NCBI GenBank assembly: GCA_963514005.1
Contig: OY740789.1
Coordinates: forward strand, 68,014,001-68,078,000
Reading direction: 5' to 3'
Source of the DNA: Raja brachyura
Taxonomy: Eukaryota
Length of the DNA stretch: 64,000 nucleotides
Shown: in pieces, positions 11,911-24,653 of the stretch
Layout of the letters: each line of letters begins with the position of its first letter
How positions within the stretch are numbered: position 1 is the first letter of the stretch
Notes under the pieces: model-generated
Databases searched by the model: none
The model's input: only the letters and a program-made list of their open reading frames with translations
Told to the model about the DNA's origin: nothing
Program-made: the position numbers and the translations under genes

Positions 11911-12959
11911 AGTAACTATGAACTTCTGTAAACTATTATTGTTGCACCGTGGACTTTGATGTTTGTTTTCCACTAGCATCACAATTATTCATTTATTGAT
12001 TATTTTTATTCTATTTATCCGTATAATTGCATTCATGGACCTGCATAGCTGCTGCAGAAGGGTCTTGACCTGAAACGCCACCTGTTCCTTTTCTCCGGAT
12101 ATGCTGTTACCCCAGCTTTTTGTGTCTCATTTTATTGTTATGGGCTTTTATGTTGCGATTAACCACTCTTGACCGTCTCTTCTGACTCTTTATCTACCAG
12201 TCCTCCTCTGGTTCTTCATTTCATTCACCTTTCTTTCTTATCAGAATCCATCATTTGCTACCATTTAGTCCTCCAGCCTTGGTTACTATCTCCACACATG
12301 TCAATTATCACTGAAGTTAACTGTAAACAACTGTACAGATTCAGTGTGGTGTTCAAGTCAGCTTTAATCATCAGTCATGCTGATACAATACGTTGTTAGC
12401 ACATCCCACCACCGGTGTAACTACGTAATATGGGAAGTGAGTGTTATTATAAAGTGTACAGTAAGGTGGAGCTAGTGTTAATACATTAATCTGATTGGTG
12501 CACATGCATTAACTAATATACATCCTTCCCCGTAGAGAAAAGAGTTGCTAAACAGTTTGTAAGCACATGTGGTTAAACATACTGTACCTGTCGGGCGGTC
12601 TACTAACCCGACCCGAACGCGTACGGACAAACCCTTCCCCCTCCGTTCTGGAAATGTTAGTACGGCTGGGTGGTGGAGAACCGACGAAGGAGAACACAGC
12701 CGCGGATCCCGGAGAGGAGCGGCGGGGCGAGCATGCAGGACTAGGAGTACTGGGGGAGGAGGGAACCGAACGACGCGGGGAATACAAGCTGGGGTCTGGG
12801 ACGGACAGCAGCAGCAGCAGTTGTCTGGAAAACCAAACTGGTACGCAAAGACTGGGAGGAGATGGTCGCAGTTCGTTCACGGGCAGAAGATGTTGACAGC
12901 TGCGCAATACCGAACACCATCAACGTTGACAAGGTAGGAACGAGGTTCCTTGGCTGGCC

Positions 12960-15290
12960 CTTCAACGAAACCCAGTCGGGTATGTCTGTCTGCAGGTGAA
13001 CCACTTGACCTTGCAGTAACGGTTGTAGTTGTCTGCTTGACTTGTCATAGGAGCACTTCTGGACATCATGTTTCTCCTGAATGCGTTTCTGGACCGCAGC
13101 TGGTTTGAGCACCTGCGGCTTCAGCTGTCGCTGGGGCCGCGTTGTGCGAGACATCAGCCGCTGGGCAGGAGAGCCCAGAACACCATCCCTGGAAATGAAT
13201 CTCAGGTTTAACAGATCCAGGTGGACTTCGGAATTGGCAAGATGCGAACGTTCCATTAACTGTTTTGCGCTCATGGCAGCATGTTCAGCGAGGCCGTTGG
13301 ATTGAGGGTATTTGGGGCTGCTGGTAACTTGCTGAAAGTTCCAACGTTTGGCAAAGTTTTTAAATGCCTGGCTGGTGAACTATCTCCCGTTGTCAGTTTG
13401 CAGTCGAACTGGTACGCCGTGTACAGATAAATGTCTCTGAAGCTTCTGTATAACCATCTCGGACGTAATGGTAGGCAGCAGATCAAGTTCAAACCAATTG
13501 GCATAGGAATCGACCAGAACTAAATAATGTTTCCCATGCCATTCAAAAATATCTGCAGCGACAGATGACCAAGGTAGTTCTGGAGCGAGTTGTTGCAGAA
13601 GAGGCTGTTTCTGTTGGTGCAAGCTGTTGCAAATAGAGCAGGATGCTGTTTTTTCATGTATGTACTTGGTCATACCTGGCCAATAAAACATGCTTAGGGT
13701 ACGGGCAAACGTAGCCTCAGTACCTGGGTGGCCGCAGTGGGCATCTTTGTAGTATTCATTGATGGCTGCAGTCTTTTTAGGGTCCGGCTTTAACCCTTCG
13801 CTTGTGAACACATCTCCGATGTAGGTAACCTCTGAGACGCGAAACTTGCACTTCATGGGGTTGAACTTTAGGTTGATCTCACGTGCCCTGTCCAGAATCC
13901 TTTTTAAATTAGAATTGTGCTCCACTAGGTTATGGCCGTACACCAAAATGTCATCAACGATGATACACAATACACAATACAATACAATACCATTTATTGT
14001 CATTTGAACCTCATTGAGGTTCAAACGAAATTTAGTTTCTGCAGTCATACATACAAGAAAAGAACCAAGACACAACACAATTTACACAAACATCCATCAC
14101 AGTGAATATCCTCCTCACTGTGATGGAAGGCAAAATCGTATCTTTCCCCTGCACTCCCCATTCTTCTCCCGGTCAGAGTCAAAGCCCCCGGCGGGTGATA
14201 GTATATAAGTCCCGCGGCCGTTCATGCCGCGCCGGGCGATGCAAGGCCCCCCTTCGGGTCTTGATGTTGGAGCCCCCAGCGGACCCTAGCAAGTCCCGTG
14301 GCCATCAAAGCCGCGCCGGGCGATATAAGGCCCCGCTCCAGGTTGTCTTCAATTAAAAAAAGACAGACGGACTGCAGAGGCCGCTGCGACGAGAGTCGCA
14401 CCGCCCACCGATAGCACATGGGTAGCCTGCGAACAGCTGTTCCATAGTTCTCTGAAAGACCTTTCTGGCCGAGTTAATTCAAAATGGATTTCTGAGGAAC
14501 TTTAATCTGCCAAATGGTGTAGCAAATGTAGGGAGGTTTGAGGATACGTCAACTAGGGGTATCTGCCAAAACGTGCTTTTGGCATCTAGTACTGAGAACA
14601 CGTTGCACGACCGATTTGAGCTGCAATGTCTTTGATGGTTCTCATCGGGTAGTGTGGGCATTTAATAGCTTAGTTCAGGTCTCTTGGGTTAATGCACACA
14701 CGGAGCTTGTCTTTGTCTTTATTTTTTTGTAACAACCAGTCTGGGTTTACTTATTTCAGCCAGTACCCCCAGGGACACCATGTGTCTCAGTTTGGCTTGT
14801 ATTCTGTCAGGCACAGCATGCGGTACATAATGAGGTGCACGTACTGCTGGGACAACATTGGGGTCAATAGTGATCGTGTAAGTCATTGGCAACTTGCCCA
14901 GTTTGTCATCGAACAAATCCTGATATAGGCATAGTAGTTGTTGTGTTGGTTCGTCAGATAGGCATAGCTTGTGGACAGCGTGTCTGAAGGACACTAAACC
15001 CAGGTCGTGGCATGCATGGATTCCCAACAAAGTCTCAGAGTTCGATCTTACAACATAGAAAATCAGGTTTTTAGTGACATTGTTCACAACACATTTGAAA
15101 TCAGCTTTTCCGAGAGGGTGAAGTAGGCGTGGAAAGTAGAGGCATCCGTAATCAAGGTCTCATTATTTCTTAACTTGTTATAGACTTTCAGGGACATTAC
15201 GTTCACGCGCGCTCCCACGTCGACTTTAGCAGTAACAGACTTGTTATTGATGTGCGCGGTAATTATAGCAGAACTATCGTATGAGATAAT
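12960..15290 (-). pseudogene. Gypsy pol (protease, RT, integrase), frameshifted, RNase H region missing
   Basis: ORF pieces 15084..15488, 14719..15087, 14479..14661, 13380..14078, 12741..13274. Confidence 0.85.
13966..14409 (-). mobile_element. Non-LTR element 3' end/SINE-like insertion with (ATTGT)n tail inside Gypsy RT
   Basis: AATAAA followed by (tattg)n on minus strand; splits the RT reading YPCAI|IVDD; gata duplicated at 13962 and 14410. Confidence 0.7.
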
Positions 15291-15602
15291 TGATTCATTC
15301 TCGTGCGCAGCTTCGAACTGTGAACTTTGTAGACTTTGAATTTGCACTGGGGTTCCCACGAGAATGACAGCATGCGGCAAAATGGTACATTTTCTAGCAG
15401 TAATTGCATGATTTGCCGTTTGCTGGGCAAAACTGGCGCACTCTATTGTGGAAATAGTTGCAGTTAGCGCATCTCTGCGGTGGCTCATTCACAAACCTTT
15501 TAGTGGCAGCTGACGCGGTGCGTTTAACGAAACCAGTCAGATTAACATCCTTTTTCTGAGTGCAAGCTGATCACTCAGTGGGGCTACAACCTCCGACATA
15601 CG

Positions 15603-16133
15603 TCAGGCATGCATTGCCTGTTCAAGAGTCTGGTTAGCATTTTGGAGTAGCTCTGTTTTGAGCTTCTGATCACACATGCCGCTAATGATTTTGACGCGTA
15701 TTAACTCGTTTGTTATCTCACCAAAGCGACATCTTGGGGCCATATACTTCAAATCACAGTTGAAACGTTCCACAAGTTCGTCAAGATGCTGTTGGCGTGA
15801 CAAGAGCTTTGCTCTCTCCAGAATGCGATTCGTTGGCAGGTCACCTAACTCACGGAATTTACGTAGCAGCACATTAGGGTTGCGCCTTGTCTCAGCTGGG
15901 AACACCACCTGGCCGTTCCTGTCGAGCACAGGTGGCGCAAAGTCGAAGGTTTGCGCGCGAATCAAAGCCTCGGGTCCAGCCAGGTTGAGCAAGAGCGATG
16001 CCTTGACTTCATCTGGATCGTTGCGATGGATGGTATTGATGTACTGCTCATAGTCAATTTCAAAGAGCATCCACCGCTTGCCTATGCCTGCATCAAAGAT
16101 GTGCTGGGTTGGCTTGCGACACGAGTGAGCCAT
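15603..16133 (-). pseudogene. Gypsy gag (N-terminal part)
   Basis: 176-aa ORF just downstream of 5' LTR; ASLLLNLAGPEAL, RQQHLDELVERF, CRFGEITNELIRVKIISG resemble Mag-like gag. Confidence 0.8.
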
Positions 16134-16879
16134 CGGAGTAAAAGATCAAAACTAATAAAAAGCAAATAAAACCCGATATGCAGACGCAGTGGGTAATTTC
16201 CAGCTAGTCTGACACGATGTAAACAACTGTACAGATACAGTGTGGTGTTCAAGTCGGCTTTAATCACCAGCCATGGTGGTACAATACAATACGGTGTTAG
16301 CACATCTCTACCACTGGTGTAACTACGTAATATGGGAAGTGAGTGTTAATATAAAGTGTACGGTAAGGTGGAGTTAGTGTTAATACATTACTCTAATTGG
16401 TGCACATCCACTAACCAATCTACATTAACTATCACTTATCTCTTGCCCCACCCCTTCACTTTTATATCATTTATCTCTCCAACCCATCAGCCTGAAGAAG
16501 GGACCAACCCAGAGCGTAATCTGTCTATTACCCTCCAGAGATTATGCCTGACCCGCTCAGTTCCTCCACCATTTTGTTTTTGGCTCAAGATTCCAGCATT
16601 TGGAGTATTATGGTAATGTGGCACTTTGACCACTCAATCCTGTTACTATTTTCTATATGGATTTATAAAAAGGAAATAAAGTTTGATGAATTTGTAACCA
16701 CCAGAAAAATTAGAAAATCAAAGCAATGGTGAATTTGAACTTTAGTTGATATTATAATAACCTAGCCCTTAACGTCAACAAGAGAAAAGAGTTGGTCTTA
16801 AACCTGGTGAAAATGACGCTATCCTCCTCAAAAGAGTCATCGTGTATGTAAATAAAGAAAGTGAGGGAATGCTTTTTAG

Positions 16880-17190
16880 TGGAAGAAACTAGAAACGTTT
16901 TGAAGGATTTGAAAGGTTCTGGTGTTCAGAGGCACTTTGGTTCTCCTTGCACAAGACCCACCTGAAGTTACCATATGGGTCAGCAAGCAATTAGGAAAGC
17001 AAACGTTTACTTGGCTTTTTTTGCAAGAGATTGAGTATGAGGAAAAATGCTTAGCTGTGATTATCCAAGTCCATAATGAGACGAGCATCAGATTATTGAG
17101 TGGTTTCCCTTATGGAGGATATGCTTGTGATTAAAAATGTGCAGTGAAGACTCTACCACATTGATTTCTAGGTTGGGTAGATTGTTAAAT
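16880..17190 (+). mobile_element. Decayed CR1 RT fragment
   Basis: cagcaagcaattaggaaagcaaac...gagattgagtat ~ QQAIRKAN..IEY. Confidence 0.55.
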
Positions 17191-17199
17191 TAGAGGTTT

Positions 17200-18045
17200 T
17201 GTTTGGTTTATTATTGTCATGTGTACCACCGTACAGTGAGAACCTGTTGTTTGCATGCTACCCAGTCAGTTAAAAGACTATGTATGATTGCAATCAAGCT
17301 GTCCACAGTGTACAGATACATTTAGTGCAAGACAAATCCAGTAAAGATAGTTCAAAGGTCTCCAGTTAGGTAAATGGGAGATCAGGACCACACTATCTGA
17401 TGAGGACTGTTCAGTTGCCTACTAACAGCTGGGAAGAAGCCATCCCTGAATCTGGAGGTGTATATTTTCAAACTTTTGTACCTTTTGCCTGATGGGACAG
17501 GGAAGAAGAGGGGGTGACCGGGTTCTTGATTATGCTGGTGACTTGCCAAGACAGCATGAAGTGTAGATGGAGTCAATGGAAAGGAGGATGGTTTGTGCTG
17601 TGTCATGGTGTTGGATGGAGCCGTTCCCAAACAATGCTGTGATGCATCCTGACAAAACGTTTTCAATTATGTATCTGTAGAGGTAGGTGAGTGTTGTGGG
17701 TACATACTGAACTTCCTAAGCCTCCTAAGGAAGTAGGGGCACTGGTGTGCTTTTTTGGCCTTTTTTAGCTTCGACGTGGCTGATCCAGGCCAAATTGCTG
17801 GTGATATTTATTCCTTGGAACTTGAAGCTTTTGACCATCTAAACTTCAGCTCCATCAGTGTGTGTGTGTGTTTTTCTTTCCTGACGTTGATCACAATCGT
17901 CTTTGTCTTGCTGACGTAGAGGGAGAGGTTGTTGTCTTGGCACCAGATTACAAGGTTCTCAATCTCCTTTGTGTAATCCATCTCATTATTTGATATTCGG
18001 CGCACTGCGCTGGTGTCATCTGTGAACGTTTAAATTGAGTTAGAT
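17200..18045 (-). mobile_element. Rex1/Babar LINE 3' fragment
   Basis: WCQDNNLSLYVSKTK, PSGKRYKSLK..TSRFRDGFFP, AATAAA tail near 17205. Confidence 0.8.
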
Positions 18046-18519
18046 TGCTTCATAACACGGGTATGATACTGAGTTCAGAAGTTGAGAGTTGTTTCTCTTG
18101 GGTGTCTGGAACCAGAGATTACAGTCTCAATATGTAGCTAGCCATTATGGATGGAGTTGAGAAGTAATGTCTCCAGGTGAACACTGGATCTTTTGGAATT
18201 CTTTATACACGAGGATTGTGGTTGTTTTGAAGTTATTCAAGTCAGATTATTAGGTTTTGGGATAGTAAGGTTTTTCATATTTATATTAATTATTCAATGG
18301 AAGTTGTATGTCATGCCATAAACATGAATATTGGCAATTTCCATTTCAGTTTGTCATTTAAACAATTGTAATACATTGCACTAAATATAAATGTAAATAT
18401 GATTTTTAGGCCATAGTCATAGGTCTTCGAACCTTTTAACTTTGGCTGTATAGTGAGTTATGCTGCTTCTAGAAAATCTGAGAGCAATCGTAATAACATT
18501 GACACCTTTGCACAGTTGA

Positions 18520-20870
18520 AACAGAACATCGAACAGTATGGAATAGAACAGGCCATTTGGTCCACTTGGTGTGTGCTGGCCACAATTTCGTTTTTAAACT
18601 AATCCTATCAGCCAGTTAATCCATGCCTGTTCATGTGCCTTTCTAAATGCCTTGTAAATGGTGCTCTTATGGTGGCTTCCATCATCTCTTCAGCAGTACG
18701 TTCCTGTACTTCCCTGTACTTTTAACTGGGCCTGAAAGCGAGATATTTATAAATTGCTTTTCTCGTTGGGAATAGATGGAATGTTCTGGAGGCTTGGAAG
18801 TTGCAATTGGTGATGGGACATGTGACTGCCTGCTGTTTCAGAAGGGACTCTATTATACTAATGTATGATATGATTTGATGGATGTTATGGAGAACAAGCA
18901 CTTCACTGTATATCTGTACATGTGACAATAAAGAAACCATTGATCCTCCCTCTCGTCCACCTTAAAACTATGTCCTCTAGCATTTGACATTTCCACCCTG
19001 GCGGTAAAAGGTTCTGTCTATCTCTTTATGCCTCATAAATTTTATGTACTTTATTCAAAACTCCTCAGCCTCTGATCCTCCAGAGAAAATAATCCAAGTT
19101 TGTCCAACCTCTCGTGAGAGCTAATAATACCCTCTATTCCAGGCAACATTCTGGCAAACCTCTTCTGCACACTCACCAAAGCCTCCACATCCTTCCTGTA
19201 ACGTGGCTGTCAGGACTGCACACAATACTCAAAATGTGGCCTAACCAATATTTTTGGCTGAAACAAGACTTTCTGACTCTTGTACTCAATGATGAAAGCA
19301 AGTCTGCCCTACGCCATCTCAACCACCCTATCTAATTGTGTTGGCACTTTCAGAGAGCGATGGACTTGCACTCAAATTCCCTTGGCATATCTATGGTCCT
19401 CATTGCCCTGCCATTTATGGTATGTATCTATCTATACTATTGCTAAAACTCATCTTGACCACTTGTCTTGTCTGCGTTGTTTTTAAATTTGTGCAAAAAC
19501 TCACCCTATATCGCTAGGATATTTTCGCCACTCACCGTTCTCCTCTGCTCCAAGCCACCACATTTTGTTCCAATCAGTGGAAGATTACAAAAAGTATGAA
19601 GGTTTAAAAAATTGTGAGATCAGCAGATTGGTCTTCTCGTTACCATGAAGATAATGCCCCTTCTGTCAGCCGCTGGAGAATGAATCCCCAGAGGCGGGAC
19701 TGAGTCCAGAGGACGCCCAGAATAAACCTGAAGCAGCGGAGTGTGGGCTGTATTCCGCGGGCAGGGGCTGGCTGTGTTTTCAGGCGGGGTCTGTGACCGC
19801 GACAGGTGTTGGGGACACCCCCATCCCCCACAGACACCCCCCCCCTGCGCACACCACCCTCTACCACAAACCCTCACCCCACACCCATGCACCCTCCCCC
19901 CGTGCGCACCCCTCCATCCCCCGTGCGCACCCCTCCATCCCCCACGCACGCACCCCCTCCCTCACGCACGCACCCCTGCGCTGCCCCCCCCCCCCCCCCC
20001 TCCAATATGTCTCCAGTGACGGCCTGAAGCCATTCCCCTCCCCTGGCTGCAAGACGCTTCCCACCTGAAGCCGTCCCCTTCCCCATGCTACAGAACGTTC
20101 CCGTCGTTGCGTTGAGGGAACAGGTGAGTGGTGGAATATTGCATTGGGGAATGGGCTGCGTTGGGGGACCAGGCCCAACGGGTCTCACTTAGTCTACTAC
20201 TTCCTTACATTTAACCTCTCACTTGTTCAGATTAAACTCCATCTGGCAATTCTTTACCCATATTTCCAACTTACCTGTATCCACAACTCCTAAGTTTTAT
20301 AATGTCTGCAAACATATTAATCAGCTCTCCTATATTTTCATCCAAATCATTTATACACTTGACAAACAGTGGTCCTGCCACCGGCTAAAGGCATCCAACA
20401 AGAATAAGCCACCTGCACTATTGTCTTCTATTTTGATTCCAATCTACCAAATCGCCAAATAATCCATGTATTTTAATCTTCTACATCAGTCTTATCATGA
20501 GGGACCTTGTCAAAAGCTTCACAAAAGTCCATGTAGCCAATATCCACTGTCCGACCCTCATCAATCATCTTTATCACCTCCTCCAAAAGCCTAATCATAT
20601 TACTAAGATATGACTTCTCCTGCACAAAGTTATATCAAATGTTGATAGTCTTGCAGATGTGAGTAGATCATATCACTAAGAACCTTCTCCAATAATATCA
20701 TTACACTGATGTAAGACTCACTGACCAATAATTTGCTGGATTATCCCTATTGACCTGTGTTAAACAAAAGAGCAACATTGGCTATTCTCCAGTCCTCTGG
20801 GACCTTGCCAGTGATTACAGAGGATACAAAGATCTCAATCATAGCCCAGTCGAGCATTTTCTTTGCGCCA
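18520..20870 (-). mobile_element. Decayed CR1 LINE interrupted by the Helitron at 19431-20197
   Basis: ggactgcacacaatactcaaaatgtggcctaacc (VRPHFEYCVQ), aaagtccatgtagccaatatccac (VDIGYMDF). Confidence 0.65.
19431..20197 (+). mobile_element. Non-autonomous Helitron
   Basis: A|TCTATACTAT 5' end; 3' GC hairpin (ggcccaacgggtc) then cacttagtCTAC|T (degenerate CTAG); no TSD; host CR1 continues on both sides. Confidence 0.75.
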
Positions 20871-21339
20871 GTATGTAACACATTTTAGAAATTATTTCCT
20901 TTTACTCGCAGTGACAGCTAATATTGGTTACTGAATAATGCAACAAGCAGCAGCAATTGAGATCTATTTTGGCAAAAATCAATGTAAAGCTTTCAAGTGT
21001 TGCTGATGCAATGGCTAGCATTTTTATTAATGTTAATTCAACGCTGTTTGAATTGTAGATTTCACAAAACTATTTAAAATTTGACCGTTCAGTTTCATAG
21101 TGAAGAGGTACCGATCACCCCACCCAGAGTGGGTATCTATATATTTATTCCATCTTTACAGCTCAATGACTTATGCATGGTTGATATTTTGGGTTTTCTC
21201 TCATTTCCAATCTTGACTGTCTGAATCTTGATTATGATATTTATGTAATGAAGTTATATCTATTGTATGAACATGTGTTTAGATGTCTTGGGGCAACACA
21301 TTTTCTTAGTATTTCGCTTTGTAATAACTAGCAACATTA

Positions 21340-21608
21340 GAGGCTGACACTGCTGCCTCAATACAGATCTGGGTTTGATCCTGACCATAGGTGCTGTCAG
21401 TGTGGAGTTTGCATTTTCTCTCTGTTGCCATGTGGGTTTCCTTTGGGTGCTCCGGTTTCCTCCCACATCCCAAAGTCATGCGGACTTTTGGTTAATTAGC
21501 CTCTTAAAATTGCCCCTAATGTAGGGAGTTGATGAGGAAGTGGGATAACGGAACTGGTGTGAATGGGTGATTCATGACTGGCGTGGTGGGCCGAAGGACC
21601 TGTTTCTA
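21340..21608 (+). mobile_element. tRNA-derived V-SINE (HE1-like)
   Basis: B-box-like gggtttgatcc, V-domain tgtggagtttgca..gggtgctccggtttcctcccacatcc, CR1-like tail gggccgaaggacctgtttc. Confidence 0.8.
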
Positions 21609-21609
21609 T

Positions 21610-23150
21610 AAGAAGTAGGAGCAAAATTGGGCCATTCAGCCCATCGTGTACTCTGCCATTCAATCACGACTGGTATTATTTTTGCCACTCAACCTAGCAA
21701 TGTTACACAATTTTGAGATTTAAAAAATCAAAGCTGCAATTTATCCCATCAGATAAAGTATAAAAATAAGTTTAATTTGACACCTAATTCACTTTCATAT
21801 CTTCAGTATTAAAAAAGTTATGGCTATTTTCATACCCGGAAATTAGCATCTTGTTCCCTATTGCTTTTCCATTGACTTAACACAAAAGTTGTGATCGAGG
21901 ACTGTCAAAATCCCATAATTTTCTTAAAAATTAAGAGAACTGGAAGAAATGTTCAGCTATTATAGATTGAAGCATTCTGAAATAAATATGAAACCATCTT
22001 ACTTGGATGACCTGAAATTAAAGCATATAATTAGTTACCCAATTGTAGCTAATTACAAAATTCAATTACTAGATCGAAACATCTATTCATTTCTTAAGAA
22101 AATATTAACATTTTTTTAAAGCCTAAGTGTCCAAATAACATTCACACAAGAATTCACAATATAACATGATTTTTAAATCTCAATGTTATGAATTTATAGG
22201 CCCAATTGAAGGAATTTAATGTTTAATGCCCGTAAATTAATGGCAATTTAAATCGGCTTGCGAGTGGGATTTTATGGATCGAGATCGATTGGAGCGTTGC
22301 GGTGAATTTAAATCCCATATCGACAGGAAAAATACTACTGGTTTGTATGGGGAATAAATCACCGTTTCGCAACATGAAATGTTGATTAAGGTCATTTTAA
22401 CAAGTTTATATGAAAAAGTAAACAGCTTTCCTTTACCTGTCCCCTACGTAAAATCTGTCCCCGTTGTCGGCGTTCACGGCATTAGAAGCTAATTTTTATT
22501 TTACTCCAGCGCTGAAATAGTTGGACGATTTATTAAAAAAAAAAAAATGTTTTTATTTAAAAAAAATTCACATACCGGCAGTCGGAACGAATCTCCAGCA
22601 AAAGCTCGCACTCCAAGAAAATATAACTCCGGAAGGCAGGGGAAAACCGCGTTTTAACCCCGCCCACCCCCCTCAAAGGCGCCAAAGTTGCACACACGGC
22701 CAGTGACAGAACTGCAGCACCGCTGAAGGTAAGTTTTGTAACATAACTACTCAACCCCATTCTACTGCCTTCTACCTGTAACCTTTGACACTCTTCCTAA
22801 TCAAGGACCTCAACATTTCTGCCTTAAAAATAACCAATGTCTTGGCCTCCACAGCCATTTGTGGCAATGAATTCCACAGATTCACCACCCTCTGGCTAAA
22901 GAAATTCCTCCATCTCCATTTTCAATGCATGTCTTTTTATTCTGAGGTTGTGCCCTCTGGTTCTGGACTCTTCCATTAGTGGAAAAATTCTAGACCTATC
23001 GTCATCTAGTAGGTTTCAATTTGATAAACCCCTCATTGGTCGAAACTCGAGTGAGCACAGGCCCAGAGCAATCAAAAGCTCCTCATATTGTTAACCCATT
23101 CATCCCCAGCATCAATCTTGTAAACCTCCTCTGGACTCTCTCCAAAGCCG
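21610..23150 (-). mobile_element. CR1 3' end split by the 7-bp-TSD DNA transposon
   Basis: ggccattcagccc..ctgccattcaatca tail; continues ctcaaccccattct..gaattccacagattcaccaccctc. Confidence 0.75.
21695..22749 (+). mobile_element. Non-autonomous DNA transposon, copy 1 (TAG...CTA, 7-bp TSD)
   Basis: TIR tagcaatgttaca / tgtaacataacta; TSD ctcaacc at 21688-21694 and 22750-22756. Confidence 0.9.
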
Positions 23151-24600
23151 ATTCATCGGATGAAAAGCACCTAATACAATGTAATGCTGCAGATTATGAT
23201 CCAGAAGTTGTGTTGCATTATACAAGTTTAATCAAAAGTAATCTAAAAATAGCAGATGTAATTTTAATTGAGGTGAGTTTGGGTATCGAGAAAGTAGATG
23301 AAAATAAATTGCACGTCTCGGTCCTTGTACTTGGGTATGTACAATTATGAAATTCTTCAGGTATGAAATTCTTGTTGATTATGTGGGTGATTGCAGAGAC
23401 TGTAGGAAGAATAGGCAAACTGACCACCGCTTCATGATAGAGGGCAATTTCGATTTTTGGGAGCAAAAAGCAATGTTGTCATAATTGTCATAGTGGACAG
23501 TATGGTCCAGGACATAGATTTTCTGCAGCCACGAGCTGTGAAACCCACCAGTTTCCAATATTTAAGAATATCTGTTAGGAGCTGTACAGAATTGTACAAT
23601 GGAAAAGGGTTGTTGTAATAAACTGGAAGGGCCTTTACCAAATATTGAACATAATGATATTATTTTATTAAGATTGAAGTTGATATTAAGGGGTTGAAAT
23701 CTTGCACAAAAGAGCAGTAAATTAAAAGATTGGGAACATTTTATTTAGCATATATAGCAAAGGGGGACCAAAATGTTGACTAGAAAGCAGAGCAAGATAT
23801 GAGAATAATTTGGTGGGCAACAAAACAGATTGTGAATTTTAAATGAAATGGGGGGAAAAAAGCAAAAGATTACCTGCACATCGTGGGAGGATAAGCCTGA
23901 GCCTAAAGGCTGGCCCTGGCTCAATGTCACCACCAGAGCCCTAAGAAGAGAGTGCAGAAAATCAGAATGGAAGTATAAACCTGATAAGCTACAATTTTCC
24001 TTTGAACTTCTGAGAAACAATTTCTCAAATACCAGGAAGCAGTAAAGTCTGCGAGAACACAATACTTTTCCGACCGTATCTCCAAAAACGGCCACAACTC
24101 AGAATCAGAATCAGAATGCCGTTTATTGTCAATATACACATGCACAATGAGATTAAAAGCTTCTCCTACTCAGTGCAAACAAAAAAAACCAACACAAAAA
24201 AAACATAGGACCGAAATAGGACCTCCAAGGTCCTATTTAGTACCATTACCTTTGTCATATGTCCTGCCCCCCGGTACCAACTTAGCTGGGTCCCCTGCTA
24301 AGTGCGAAGAATTTACTACATTTTTCACCAGCAAAGTTGAGAACATCAGAACGAATATTTCCCTTCCCATCCGTGACCTACCTGTCTATTGGTCTGTTCT
24401 TCTAAATTTAACTGTTTCCAACCCGTTACTCTACCCTCCCTTGTAAAGTTGGTCTCCACTATGAAACCTGCAACCTGCCCACTCAGCTGGTCTCCACTAT
24501 GAAACCTGCCCACTGCCCACGTTGTCCCCACTGCCATTCTGAAGGATGTCATTGCAATAGCCGGTCCCAGCATCCTCTCTATCATCAACAGGTCCCTGGC

Positions 24601-24653
24601 GGGGTGGAAGATTGCGACCTTCACGTGGTCCGCCCTGTTTCGACAATGCAATC
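24601..24653 (+). ncRNA. Predicted minimal HDV-like self-cleaving ribozyme
   Basis: P1 GGGGTGG/CCGCCCT, P2 GATTGCG/TGCAATC, P3 ACC/GGT, L3 TTCACGT, short P4 region GTTTCGA, J4/2 CAA. Confidence 0.75.

Larger units (their letters stand above)
12322..16424 (-). mobile_element. Gypsy/Ty3 LTR retrotransposon (defective), both LTRs present
   Basis: LTRs 12322-12522 and 16218-16424 (TG...CA); TSD ttaac at 12317-12321 and 16425-16429; PPT ggggaagga next to 3' LTR; gag, protease (KVDVGA), RT (VLDAKSTFWQI, IVDDILVYG), integrase (HCGHPG..CSIC, LVDSY, TDNG). Confidence 0.92.

Noticed and set aside
15603-16133. Domesticated gag gene
   Set aside because: Sits within a complete LTR-bounded element with frameshifted pol; no evidence of independent selection.
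19620-20188. Cluster of ORFs and G-quadruplex-like tracts
   Set aside because: Low-complexity C-rich minisatellite within a Helitron.
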